Below are positions 1 to 9,647 of a stretch of 64,000 nucleotides of DNA, piece by piece; position 1 is the stretch's first letter; every line of letters begins with the position of its first letter. A program made the translations under genes and the position numbers. Origin of the DNA: a virus; the IMG/VR virus record IMGVR_UViG_3300024344_003321, positions 33,425-97,424 of that record; one strand, 5' to 3'. The notes beneath the pieces were generated by a model. It saw nothing but the letters and a program-made list of their open reading frames with translations, was not told where the DNA came from and did no database searches.

Positions 1-2
1 AA

Positions 3-236
3 TTTCCAAAGGGTAAAGATTGGGTTCAACCGACACCAAATCCTCATGGATTTTGTGGATTAAATCCTGATTCATATCATGGGATGGAAACGGTAGCTAT
101 TGATATAGAAAAATATAACAAATTAATGAGAGATTTCAGTCGAGTGGTGGTTGCATTGAACCAATTATTACAAGAAAATCCAGAAGATGGTTATATAAAA
201 ACGGTGCTCCAAGATGTTGGAGTTCACCCTAAATAA
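3..236 (+). CDS. Partial CDS (3' end), hypothetical protein
   Basis: Open frame from the window edge (FPKGKDWVQPTPNPHG...) to TAA at 234-236, 10 nt before the polymerase start. Confidence 0.55.
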   Translation, partial: FPKGKDWVQPTPNPHGFCGLNPDSYHGMETVAIDIEKYNKLMRDFSRVVVALNQLLQENPEDGYIKTVLQDVGVHPK

Positions 237-246
237 AAGGTTATAG

Positions 247-2778
247 ATGTATCAAAATATATGGGTTAATAGAAAACAAAAGAGTATAGAAGTACATTTA
301 TGGGACGATGTTGCTGGCTATAGTAAATTTCAACATAAAACTTATGCATATAAAAAATCACCTGCAGGCACATATCAATCATTTTATGGTGATAAATTAA
401 AAAAAGTTAATTTTTGGACACAAGACGATTTAGAGCAGAATTTAATGTTTGAATCGGATGTTCCACTGGAAACCCGCCTCTTAATTGATAATTACTATGA
501 TTCAGATGAAGTATCAACGGGGCACAGGGAACTGATATTTGATATAGAGGTTGAAGTAACAGATGGGTTTCCAGACCCACATGCTGCTACCAATAAAATC
601 ACGGCTATAGCAATGTATGATAAAGTTATGGATAGTTATACATGTTTAGTATTGGGTAATGTTGATGCGTATGGAGATGGTAACACGAGCATTGAATCGT
701 TTGAAAGTGAAGAGGAATTATTGCAGCGGTTTTATCAAAAATACCTTGAAATATCTCCTACAATAATTAGTGGTTGGAACACTGACTTTTTTGATGTTCC
801 GTATTTATATAATAGAAGTACCAGAGTAGTTGGTCAGCATGTAGCAGATATGTTATCCCCAATTGGTCAAGTATTTTGGTCCGAGCATAAAAATAGATAC
901 AAAATAGCAGGTGTATCTCAATTGGATTATTTACCTTTATATCGATTATTTACTTATTCACAACAATCATCATATAGATTAGATTTTATTGGGCAACTTG
1001 AAGTCGGTATAGGTAAAATTGAATATGAAGGTACATTACAGAGTTTATATGAAACTGATTTAGAAAAGTATATAGAATACAATTTGAATGATGTGAAAAT
1101 TGTAAAAGCACTTGATGATAAATTAAAATTTATTGATTTAGCTAAAGGTGTAGCACATTTAGGTCATATTCCATATGAAGAGGTATTTTTAAGTAGTAGA
1201 TATTTAGAGGGTGCTATCCTTGTTTATATGAAAAATATAGGAGTAGTTGCACCAAATAAAATACTTGGTAATTCATATGGTGATGATTTGAAATTTAGTG
1301 GGGCGTATGTAAAAACTCCAATCCCAGGTAGATATGACTGGGTTTATGATTTGGATTTAACATCAATGTATCCATCCACTATTATGACATTGAATATATC
1401 GCCGGAAATGAAGCTTGGTAAATTAGATGGTTGGGATGCAGAGGAATTCATTAAAAATACAGATAAAACTTATACATTTACTAAAAATAGTCGTATAAAA
1501 ACAAAACTACCTGAATCCTTTAATAATGAAGAATTACAAATGGTATTCGATAATAATAATATTTCAGTAGCAGCAAATGGGGTATTATATAGAAATGACA
1601 AAAAGGGGTTAATCCCATCTATATTGTCAAAGTGGTTTACTGAACGGTTAGAGTATAAGAGGTTAGCTAAAAAATATAATGACGATGGTGATACTGACCA
1701 ATTTGGTTATTTTAATAGACGGCAACATGTACAGAAAATTTTGTTAAATTCTATGTATGGTGTATTAGGTTCACCAACTTTTAGATTTTATGACATTGAT
1801 AATGCAGAAGCTGTAACAACCACTGGAGTGTCATTGATAAAATATACTCAGCGAATGGCTAATTATTATTACAATAATGAATTGGGTGATGATAAGGATT
1901 ATGTTATATATACTGATACGGATTCCATATTTTGCTCAGCTGTTCCATTAGTAAAACATAGGAAGCCAAACATTGATGTTACAGATAATGATATAATGAC
2001 AGCAGAAATATTAACTATAGCATCCGAAGTGCAAGACTTTTTAAATAAATCGTATGATGTGTTTGCTCTACGCTTACTAAATGTAAAGGGTGACCATAGG
2101 TTCGATATAAAACAAGAAGTGATTGCTAAGAGTGGGTTTTGGGTCACAAAGAAACGATACGGTCAGTGGATTATAAATGATGGTGGTTTTGCATGTGATA
2201 AATTAGATGTTAAGGGGTTGGATATAGTTAGAAGTAATTTTCCACCAGCATTCAGAGATTTAATGACTTTTGTTTTAAAGAATATTTTGAACAAAGCCGA
2301 TAAGGATATTATTGATAACAAAATACTGACCTTTAAAAAACAAATGAAAAACAAACCTATTATTGATATTGCATTACCAACTGGTGTAAAGGGATTAAAA
2401 AAATATATTGATAGGCGCGCCAGAGGTTTTAAATCTACGCAACAGTTTGTTAAGATAAAAAAAGGGTGTCCAGCTCATGTAAGGGCAGCTATTCGGTATA
2501 ATGATTTATTGAAATATTATGGGAAAACAAATTATGAACCAATTAGGAATTCAGATAAAATAAAATGGACATATTTGAAGCAAAACCCATTTAATTTGGA
2601 TAAAATAGCATTTAAAGGTTATGATGACCCCCCTGAAATAATGGAGTTTATTGAACAATATATAGATTACAATCAATTATTCGAGGGACAATTAAAAAAG
2701 AAAATATCAATGTTCTATGATGCATTAAAATGGTCACTGCCAGTAGATAAAAAAAATACATTAGAAAGGTTTTTTTAA
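247..2778 (+). CDS. Family B DNA polymerase (T4 gp43-like) with 3'-5' exonuclease
   Basis: ExoI DIEVE, ExoII NTDFFD, ExoIII YNLND; polymerase motifs DLDLTSMYPS, KILLNSMYG, YTDTDS; C-terminal TLERFF clamp-binding-like tail. Confidence 0.97.
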   Translation: MYQNIWVNRKQKSIEVHLWDDVAGYSKFQHKTYAYKKSPAGTYQSFYGDKLKKVNFWTQDDLEQNLMFESDVPLETRLLIDNYYDSDEVSTGHRELIFDIEVEVTDGFPDPHAATNKITAIAMYDKVMDSYTCLVLGNVDAYGDGNTSIESFESEEELLQRFYQKYLEISPTIISGWNTDFFDVPYLYNRSTRVVGQHVADMLSPIGQVFWSEHKNRYKIAGVSQLDYLPLYRLFTYSQQSSYRLDFIGQLEVGIGKIEYEGTLQSLYETDLEKYIEYNLNDVKIVKALDDKLKFIDLAKGVAHLGHIPYEEVFLSSRYLEGAILVYMKNIGVVAPNKILGNSYGDDLKFSGAYVKTPIPGRYDWVYDLDLTSMYPSTIMTLNISPEMKLGKLDGWDAEEFIKNTDKTYTFTKNSRIKTKLPESFNNEELQMVFDNNNISVAANGVLYRNDKKGLIPSILSKWFTERLEYKRLAKKYNDDGDTDQFGYFNRRQHVQKILLNSMYGVLGSPTFRFYDIDNAEAVTTTGVSLIKYTQRMANYYYNNELGDDKDYVIYTDTDSIFCSAVPLVKHRKPNIDVTDNDIMTAEILTIASEVQDFLNKSYDVFALRLLNVKGDHRFDIKQEVIAKSGFWVTKKRYGQWIINDGGFACDKLDVKGLDIVRSNFPPAFRDLMTFVLKNILNKADKDIIDNKILTFKKQMKNKPIIDIALPTGVKGLKKYIDRRARGFKSTQQFVKIKKGCPAHVRAAIRYNDLLKYYGKTNYEPIRNSDKIKWTYLKQNPFNLDKIAFKGYDDPPEIMEFIEQYIDYNQLFEGQLKKKISMFYDALKWSLPVDKKNTLERFF

Positions 2779-2779
2779 C

Positions 2780-2816
2780 TTGGTTTGTATTGGTTATTTT
2801 TCGTATATTATAAATA
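2780..2816 (+). promoter_or_regulatory. Putative promoter(s) of the deazaguanine operon
   Basis: TTGGTT-N18-TATATT sigma70-like arrangement overlapping a TATAAATA (T4 late consensus, 2809-2816), in the gap before queD; GAGG RBS follows. Confidence 0.45.
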
Positions 2817-2835
2817 TTAGAAACGAGGTAAAAAT

Positions 2836-3384
2836 ATGCAGTATATAACACGCTCCGGTACATTTGATTCTGGACATCGAGTAATGAATGAGGCAATGAA
2901 ATGTTTTAATCTACATGGTCACACTTATTTGTATGATTTGACTTTCTCATTCAATTCTATGAAGGATATAGGTTATCAGATAGATTTCAAGGAAATTAAA
3001 AGAGTAGCATGTCAATGGATAGATGATAAATTAGACCACGGGTTCATAGCTAACTCAAAAGATGTAAATTATATCGAAGTGGCTCTAAAAGAAGGTAGTA
3101 AAGTGTGGGAGATGTCATTAGAAGGAATTGGTAAGTATTGCAATCCATCTGCTGAAAATGTAGTTAAAGAAATATTTTTAGCTATGGAAATTCTATTTGA
3201 AGGATATGATGATTTAAATATCTATGAAATTAAATTAAATGAAACACCCAAATGTTATACTATTTGTAATTCAGAATCTATAAGCGATAGTGATAGAAGT
3301 AATTTTAAAAATGTTAGGTACAAGGAAATAAAACAATATGCAGATGATAAGGGGATTGTAGAATACGATGACAGACTACAATAA
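2836..3384 (+). CDS. queD: 6-carboxy-5,6,7,8-tetrahydropterin synthase
   Basis: FDSGHRV...CFNLHGHTY (CxxxHGH), IDF, LDH, NPSAEN and ETP motifs; adjacent to queE and folE. Confidence 0.92.
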   Translation: MQYITRSGTFDSGHRVMNEAMKCFNLHGHTYLYDLTFSFNSMKDIGYQIDFKEIKRVACQWIDDKLDHGFIANSKDVNYIEVALKEGSKVWEMSLEGIGKYCNPSAENVVKEIFLAMEILFEGYDDLNIYEIKLNETPKCYTICNSESISDSDRSNFKNVRYKEIKQYADDKGIVEYDDRLQ

Positions 3385-4120
3385 AAATCAACCATTAGGA
3401 GAAACATACGCTTGTTTACAGGGTGAGGGTAAATATATGGGTATTCCTCATATTTTGATACGAGTCACTGGATGTCGGCTAAGATGTCAATTTTCAGATT
3501 CGTTTTGTGATACACCGTACGCTTCGTGGACACCTGAAAAAGGTAAATATACTTTAAATGATGTTGTTGAATTTTATGAAAATAATAAACATATAAGCCA
3601 CACCATGATAACGGGGGGCGGGCCAACATTACACGCTGAATTGTTAAAAGAGTTATGCATTATAGGTAAGACATATAACCATACAATTACAATAGAAACA
3701 GAAGGTTCGGAGTTTGTTCAAACTGTGGCTGATTGTATTTCACTATCACCGAAATTAAGTAATTCAACACCACAGCCGGGTTCTTGGATGGAATATGCCA
3801 ATAGAGCAGTCACTAAAAAGGATAAACAGCAACATGAAAAGTGGAGATGTAATTATAAAGCTATGAAACAATTAATTACAAAACATCCAGATTATCAGTT
3901 AAAACCTGTTATATCAAATGAAAAAGATTTAGATGAAGTAAAAGAGTTACAACATATATTAGATATACCGAACAATAAAGTTTGGTTAATGCCTGAGGGT
4001 TTGGTAGAAGAACAATTAAATGAACGAAGGAGATGGTTGATGGAATTGTGTACACAAAATGGATACAATTATACAGATAGATTACACATAATAGCTTATG
4101 GAGATACACGCGGGGTATGA
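3368..4120 (+). CDS. queE: 7-carboxy-7-deazaguanine synthase (radical SAM)
   Basis: [14 protein letters not shown]...CDT, ITGGGP, IETEG, SLSPK, LMPEG, RLHI motifs. Confidence 0.92.
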   Translation: MTDYNKNQPLGETYACLQGEGKYMGIPHILIRVTGCRLRCQFSDSFCDTPYASWTPEKGKYTLNDVVEFYENNKHISHTMITGGGPTLHAELLKELCIIGKTYNHTITIETEGSEFVQTVADCISLSPKLSNSTPQPGSWMEYANRAVTKKDKQQHEKWRCNYKAMKQLITKHPDYQLKPVISNEKDLDEVKELQHILDIPNNKVWLMPEGLVEEQLNERRRWLMELCTQNGYNYTDRLHIIAYGDTRGV

Positions 4121-4758
4121 AAATATTACAAAAATTAGGGTATGCCAATGGTAATATACCATTGACAGGTGAAGAAAAACAAGAAATGATTAGAGAAGCA
4201 GCTGAACACTATGGTCGGTATATGAATGCTTTACGAATCGATTGGAGAAACGACCCAAATTCATCTGATACTCCTATGAGAGTTGCGAAGGCCTTTGTTA
4301 ATGATTTGGCTGAGGGTTGTTATAACGAAGAACCTAAGGTAACAGCATTCGATAATTTAGATAAATATGATGGTATGGTATTTCAAGGTAACATTACAGT
4401 AAATTCATTTTGTTCACATCATCATTTACCGTTTGTAGGTGTAGCTCATGTAGCTTATATTCCAAGTATTGATGGTAAAATAATTGGGTTAAGTAAATTA
4501 AATAGAATTGTTGAACATTATGCAAGACGACCTCAAGTACAGGAAAATTTGACAATGCAAATTCATAACCACATCGATTCTGTATGTGATGGTAATTTAG
4601 GTGTAGCAGTGATGGTATCAGCCAATCACATGTGTGCTTGCGTTCGTGGTGTTAGACATGATGCTACAATGAAAACATCTAAATTGAGTAAGGAGTTTTT
4701 AAACGGTGAGAGCAGGTCAAGCTCAGAATTTTATAGTTTTATTAACGGATTAAAATAG
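4117..4758 (+). CDS. folE: GTP cyclohydrolase I
   Basis: [38 protein letters not shown]. Confidence 0.95.
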   Translation: MKILQKLGYANGNIPLTGEEKQEMIREAAEHYGRYMNALRIDWRNDPNSSDTPMRVAKAFVNDLAEGCYNEEPKVTAFDNLDKYDGMVFQGNITVNSFCSHHHLPFVGVAHVAYIPSIDGKIIGLSKLNRIVEHYARRPQVQENLTMQIHNHIDSVCDGNLGVAVMVSANHMCACVRGVRHDATMKTSKLSKEFLNGESRSSSEFYSFINGLK

Positions 4759-4766
4759 GATAATAT

Positions 4767-6110
4767 ATGATAGATTTACCATTACCTGAAGGGGTAAAAA
4801 TAAAAGATTGGTACCCTGTGTTTGGTAACAAAACTGTTAGGTGTAAGAAATTTAATAGGAGGACATGTTGGGAAAAATCAGATTTTCAAAAATGGTTGGT
4901 AGCATTAGGTAGGGGGCATGTTATAAACCCATTGATTTATGTTCATATTGATAGTTGTGTAAATTCTTGTTTAAGAGAAGGTAAACTTGATGATGTAAAA
5001 TATTTTGAGGATTATAAAAAACAAGGTTATGATTATATTACCCTCGAAGGTGGTAATAGGCATGATTCTACTGAGAAAATATATGAGGTAACTCCTGAAT
5101 TCCATAATAAAAGAATTAATATAGCATTAGTTGATGGTATAGACAGAGAAGAAATGCACGAGCTTTATTTGAATTTAGCAAGTGGTAAATCTCCAAATGA
5201 CCAAGAAAGACGAACTGGTATATATGGGGTAGTATCTGATGTTGTGCGAAAAGTATCTGAGCGATTAATCTCCATGTGGGATAAAGTTAATGGGATAACA
5301 CGACCAAGAATGAAGGATGATGAAATGGTGGCAATGATAATGAATTATGTTACTAATAATAGTTTCGGGACACACCCGCTTACAGGAAAAACTCGTACAG
5401 AAACCCTTGATTCTTTATATGAAACAAATGAATATAATTCTAAATTATTTAATTATGTTACTGAAAGTCTAAAAGCTTTTTGGGAGAGGGTGCGGGATGA
5501 CGAAATTGTCACTAAAAAACAACCAAAAGTAGTAATTTATTTATTAACGATATTATTTTCTCATTTTAAAAATAAATATAAAATAGTTAATGAGAAAAAA
5601 TTTATTAAAGAATTTTTTGATTATTTTAATGATATATATAATTTTGATTATAAGGAGGGTACAACAGAAACACGGGTTAGGTTAAAATTAAGTGGGACAC
5701 ATTATACATATAAGAATTTATTAGGTAATATGTTAAAAAACTTAGGTGTACTTAATGAGGTGGAATATTTAGTTAGGTCAGAACTTATACCAAAATTAGA
5801 AACTGCTAGTGTTATTAAACCAATTAATATGGAAGAATTTACATTTAAACACCGTAAAGAATATATAGGATTGCATAAATTTGACAAGCATGGTAATATA
5901 TATGTCAAAGTTAGAACTAATAATCCAAAGTTAGATTGGTTTCCTGGGCAACCAGAGTTTACAGATATTAGTTTAACGGAATCATTTTCAAATAAATATG
6001 AATTAGACCATATTATTCCTAAATCAAAAAATGGGCCTACTTCAATAGAAAATGCAGAATTAACATCTAAAGAGTATAACAGAAAAAAATATAATATAGA
6101 GGTAAAATGA
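4767..6110 (+). CDS. DUF262/ParB-like plus C-terminal HNH nuclease (GmrSD-like architecture)
   Basis: N-terminal FNRRTCW...LGRG..INPL, EGGNR (DGQQR-like), YLNLASG; C-terminal ELDHIIPKSKNG..SIENA...YNRKK HNH. Confidence 0.65.
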   Translation: MIDLPLPEGVKIKDWYPVFGNKTVRCKKFNRRTCWEKSDFQKWLVALGRGHVINPLIYVHIDSCVNSCLREGKLDDVKYFEDYKKQGYDYITLEGGNRHDSTEKIYEVTPEFHNKRINIALVDGIDREEMHELYLNLASGKSPNDQERRTGIYGVVSDVVRKVSERLISMWDKVNGITRPRMKDDEMVAMIMNYVTNNSFGTHPLTGKTRTETLDSLYETNEYNSKLFNYVTESLKAFWERVRDDEIVTKKQPKVVIYLLTILFSHFKNKYKIVNEKKFIKEFFDYFNDIYNFDYKEGTTETRVRLKLSGTHYTYKNLLGNMLKNLGVLNEVEYLVRSELIPKLETASVIKPINMEEFTFKHRKEYIGLHKFDKHGNIYVKVRTNNPKLDWFPGQPEFTDISLTESFSNKYELDHIIPKSKNGPTSIENAELTSKEYNRKKYNIEVK

Positions 6111-6454
6111 AAACAAACATAATAGTTACATTACAAGTTGAGGGAGTACATAATTGGCCAAACGCTAAGAATGTATTTCCAGAAGTGGCTTTTTTATCGA
6201 GAGCACATAGGCATATATTTCATATAACAGCTAAAAAAAGAGTAAATCACGATGATAGGGATGTTGAATTTATCATGTTCAAACGGGATATATTAGATTA
6301 TATGAAAAATAAATATTGGAGAGAGGTCATACGAGCTTATGACTTTAAATCAAAAAGTTGTGAAATGATAGCTAAAGAAATAGTCAATCGATTTAATTTA
6401 GAATATTGCTCAGTATTTGAAGATAACGAAAATGGAGCTGAGGTCTATGTCTAA
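6107..6454 (+). CDS. dpdL: QueD-like T-fold protein, DpdL-type (predicted CDG decarboxylase)
   Basis: LSRAHRHIF (LxxxHRHxF in place of QueD CxxxHGH), DRDVEF, SCEMIA, EDNENG; second QueD-like gene in a dpdA cluster. Confidence 0.7.
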   Translation: MKTNIIVTLQVEGVHNWPNAKNVFPEVAFLSRAHRHIFHITAKKRVNHDDRDVEFIMFKRDILDYMKNKYWREVIRAYDFKSKSCEMIAKEIVNRFNLEYCSVFEDNENGAEVYV

Positions 6455-6854
6455 TAGAAAATATTTACCAACATTAGCTGAATTAGTGGATAGATTATCG
6501 ATTATCCAATTAAAGGAAGTTTTTATTGTAGAACATAAAGATGAATATGCAAAAGAGATAGCTGCTATTGTCCATGATATTGATGTGATATTAGATGATG
6601 AGAATGTAAAGTTAAGTGGCAAAGATGTTAGAGCTATTATAGTGTTATCGCAAATGAATTTACATATATGGCATAATGAAACACAATATCGTGCAGGAAC
6701 AGGTGATGGGAATCTCGGATTAACACATGGACTAAATGGTATCAGAAATACTGCAAAGAATATAATACAGGATAATATTGGTGGTAGGAAAGATTATAAA
6801 ATTGATTGTATTGCTGCAGAATTTAAAGATTGGGAGATAAGCTGGAGTGAGTAA
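6447..6854 (+). CDS. Helical protein of unknown function (DUF4254/DUF6165-like)
   Basis: TLAELVDRLSIIQLK...NLHIWHNE; start moved to ATG 6447, overlapping the previous stop. Confidence 0.5.
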   Translation: MSNRKYLPTLAELVDRLSIIQLKEVFIVEHKDEYAKEIAAIVHDIDVILDDENVKLSGKDVRAIIVLSQMNLHIWHNETQYRAGTGDGNLGLTHGLNGIRNTAKNIIQDNIGGRKDYKIDCIAAEFKDWEISWSE

Positions 6855-7593
6855 AGTTTTAGTTATAGGTGACAGCTGTAGAGATATTTTTATATATGGG
6901 GATATAGAAAGAGTTTCACCTGAAGCTCCAATTCCTGTATTTAAACCAACGCATGAATCTGAAAATGATGGTATGTCGGCAAATGTAGTTAAGAACTTAG
7001 AGGCATTAGGGTGTACAGCTGAGATATTGACAAATGAAAACGATATAAAAAAGATTAGGTATGTCCATACAGCATCAAATCAAATGGTTCTCCGAGTTGA
7101 TGAACATGATTATTGCAGAAGGATACATGAACAAGAGCTTAAGTATGTCAATGATTGGGCTGATACTTTTGATGCAATCATAATATCAGATTATTGTAAA
7201 GGGTTTTTAACTGAGGATGACATAGAATTTATATGTTCTAAGTCAGATAATGTTTTCATTGATACTAAAAAATTGTTAGGTGATTGGATTATTAACGCAA
7301 AATTTATAAAAATAAATGATTTGGAGCATAAAAAAAATTATGAGCGGATACCAAATTATCCACACCTCAATGATAAATTAATTGTTACTCGTGGTGGTAA
7401 TGGATGTGATTATAAAAATACGAATTATCCAGTCCCAGAGGTATCAGTAAAAGATGTATCTGGTGCAGGTGATACATTTTTATCTGGGTTAGTATCTGAA
7501 TATATTAAAACAAAGGATATCGTCCAATCGATAAAATTTGCACAAAAATGTACAACTGCAGTAGTACAAAAACATGGAGTTTCAACTATATGA
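6847..7593 (+). CDS. HldE/RfaE-type heptose-7-phosphate kinase domain (PfkB family)
   Basis: LVIGD, RVSPEAPIPV, ANV..NL, LRVD, ISDYCKG, DVSGAGDTF. Confidence 0.85.
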   Translation: MSKVLVIGDSCRDIFIYGDIERVSPEAPIPVFKPTHESENDGMSANVVKNLEALGCTAEILTNENDIKKIRYVHTASNQMVLRVDEHDYCRRIHEQELKYVNDWADTFDAIIISDYCKGFLTEDDIEFICSKSDNVFIDTKKLLGDWIINAKFIKINDLEHKKNYERIPNYPHLNDKLIVTRGGNGCDYKNTNYPVPEVSVKDVSGAGDTFLSGLVSEYIKTKDIVQSIKFAQKCTTAVVQKHGVSTI

Positions 7594-7883
7594 TAATATA
7601 TGTGGATATTGATGGTACAATCTGTCATACTGAAAATTCGGATTATGATAATTCAAAGCCAAGATATAATCAAATTTTAAAAATAAATGAATTATATAGT
7701 GATGGACATGAAATAGTATATTGGACTGCTCGTGGGGGCACGACTGGTATAGATTGGAGTAAACATACAAAAAAACAGATAGATGAATGGGGCTGTAAAT
7801 ATACACGGATAGAAACGCAGAAAAAACCATCATTTGATTTGTTTATAGATGATAAATCAAAACGAATAGAGGAGTTAGCTTGA
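7590..7883 (+). CDS. Small HAD-family phosphatase
   Basis: YVDIDGTIC, WTARG, KP..DLFIDDK; ATG 7590 overlaps the upstream stop. Confidence 0.8.
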   Translation: MIIYVDIDGTICHTENSDYDNSKPRYNQILKINELYSDGHEIVYWTARGGTTGIDWSKHTKKQIDEWGCKYTRIETQKKPSFDLFIDDKSKRIEELA

Positions 7884-8257
7884 GTCATAAAATAAAACCA
7901 ACAGTATGTGAGGGGTGCACAGTCCCAAAAGGTTGGGGAGAAGAGCTTATCATAGAAAATAATGAAATGTATTGTGGTAAGATATTGAAATTTAAAAAAG
8001 GGTGTAAGTTTTCAATGCATTACCATCTAATTAAGGATGAAACTTGGTATGTCCAAGAAGGTGAATTTAGATATAGATGGATTGATACTGAAACTGCAGA
8101 ACTACATGGCATTAAACTTAAAGAAGGTGATGTAGTTAGACAACGAATCGGGCAACCACATCAATTGATAGCTGAAACAGATGGAACTATATTTGAAGTT
8201 TCAACACAGCATTTTGATGATGACAGCTACAGAATTTTACCGGGAGATAGTCAGTGA
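7880..8257 (+). CDS. Cupin, sugar-phosphate isomerase-like
   Basis: VPKGWGEE, SMHYHLIKDETWYV, PHQL, EVST. Confidence 0.8.
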   Translation: MSHKIKPTVCEGCTVPKGWGEELIIENNEMYCGKILKFKKGCKFSMHYHLIKDETWYVQEGEFRYRWIDTETAELHGIKLKEGDVVRQRIGQPHQLIAETDGTIFEVSTQHFDDDSYRILPGDSQ

Positions 8258-8643
8258 TGAGAATTTGGACAAACGGTTGTTTTGATGTGTTGCATAGAGG
8301 ACATATAGAATTATTTAAATATGCTAGGTCGCTGGGAGATGAATTGATAGTAGGGGTGGATACAGATAGTAAGGTCAAAAAAGATAAAGGAGTAGATAGA
8401 CCATTCAATACTTTGGCTGATAGGATGGCAGTTTTAAATTCCCTTATTTATGTGGATAAAGTGATTCCATTTGATACCACAGATGAATTAAAAGATACAA
8501 TAAAATGGCTGAAACCACATATTATGGTTATAGGTTCTGATTGGAAAGGTAAGGATGTGATTGGAAGACGGTATGCCGAAAAGGTAATATTTTTTGATAG
8601 AATTAGTGGATATTCAACAACTATGATTTTGGAGAATAAATGA
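8254..8643 (+). CDS. HldE/RfaE domain II-type sugar-1-phosphate nucleotidyltransferase
   Basis: NGCFDVLHRGH (HxGH), GVDTD..V...KG..RP, GSDW, YSTT. Confidence 0.88.
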   Translation: MMRIWTNGCFDVLHRGHIELFKYARSLGDELIVGVDTDSKVKKDKGVDRPFNTLADRMAVLNSLIYVDKVIPFDTTDELKDTIKWLKPHIMVIGSDWKGKDVIGRRYAEKVIFFDRISGYSTTMILENK

Positions 8644-9647
8644 GTAAAATAATTTATTTACCAGTTGAACATCCGGGTGGGGCAGACGATGTTAGGAATA
8701 ATAGCACATACGATACATATATAACAGATTATTTAACTCAGAATGATAAGGAATATATTAGGATATATCCAAATATTCCACACCCAACAAGTTTAAAGGC
8801 TGGAAGTTTTCTTGATGCAGAGTTTACTATTAGATTTAAGAGTGCACAACTCGCAGAAATAGCAAGATTATATCGTGATGATGTGATTGTTTCTGGTGAT
8901 ATAATATGGAGTGCTGATTTGTGGCACCCAGGTATTGAAAGTATTGCTTACATGAATTATTTTGCTAAGAAGGATGTTAAAATTAGAGGTATGTTACATG
9001 CCGGTAGCTTCACTGATACGGATTTTGTACGGGATTTAGAGAGGTGGGCTAAAAACTTTGAGGATATAGTTTTTGATATATCAGATAAAATTTATGTTGG
9101 TAGTGAATTTATTAAAAATGATGTTATTAAGAAGAGGATAGTTGACCCAAATAAAATGCAAGTTACTGGGTTCCCTCTCGATATAGATAAATTAAGTAAA
9201 TTTCATAACAATAATAAGGAAGATATTGTTTTATTTAGTGCAAGGAATGTAGATGAAAAGCAGCCTTGGTTATTTGAAGAATTATCTAAAAGATTAAAAG
9301 GTAAAGCTAAATTCATAAATACATTAGAGCATAATTTTAGTAAAGAAGAATATTATGAATTGTTATCTAAGTCAAAGATTATAGTGAGTTATGCTTTACA
9401 AGAAAATTTTGGAGTATCAGTACAAGAAGCTGCATATTTAAATTGTGTGCCTGTTCTACCTAATAGGTTAGTTTATCCAGAATTTTTTAGTAAAAAGCAT
9501 TTATATAATACTTTTGAGGAAAGTGTTTCTATGGTAGAACATATTTTAAATAATTGGAATTTTACTGATGTGCATTGGCCAATAGAACAGATTGGCGTGA
9601 GTTGTAATTCAAATAAAAATATAATGGAGGAATGGTTTAATGCGTAA
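8640..9647 (+). CDS. GT-B (GT4-like) glycosyltransferase
   Basis: LHAGSF, FSARNVDEKQP, QENFGVSVQEA..CVPVLP; overlaps the dpdA start. Confidence 0.8.
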   Translation: MSKIIYLPVEHPGGADDVRNNSTYDTYITDYLTQNDKEYIRIYPNIPHPTSLKAGSFLDAEFTIRFKSAQLAEIARLYRDDVIVSGDIIWSADLWHPGIESIAYMNYFAKKDVKIRGMLHAGSFTDTDFVRDLERWAKNFEDIVFDISDKIYVGSEFIKNDVIKKRIVDPNKMQVTGFPLDIDKLSKFHNNNKEDIVLFSARNVDEKQPWLFEELSKRLKGKAKFINTLEHNFSKEEYYELLSKSKIIVSYALQENFGVSVQEAAYLNCVPVLPNRLVYPEFFSKKHLYNTFEESVSMVEHILNNWNFTDVHWPIEQIGVSCNSNKNIMEEWFNA

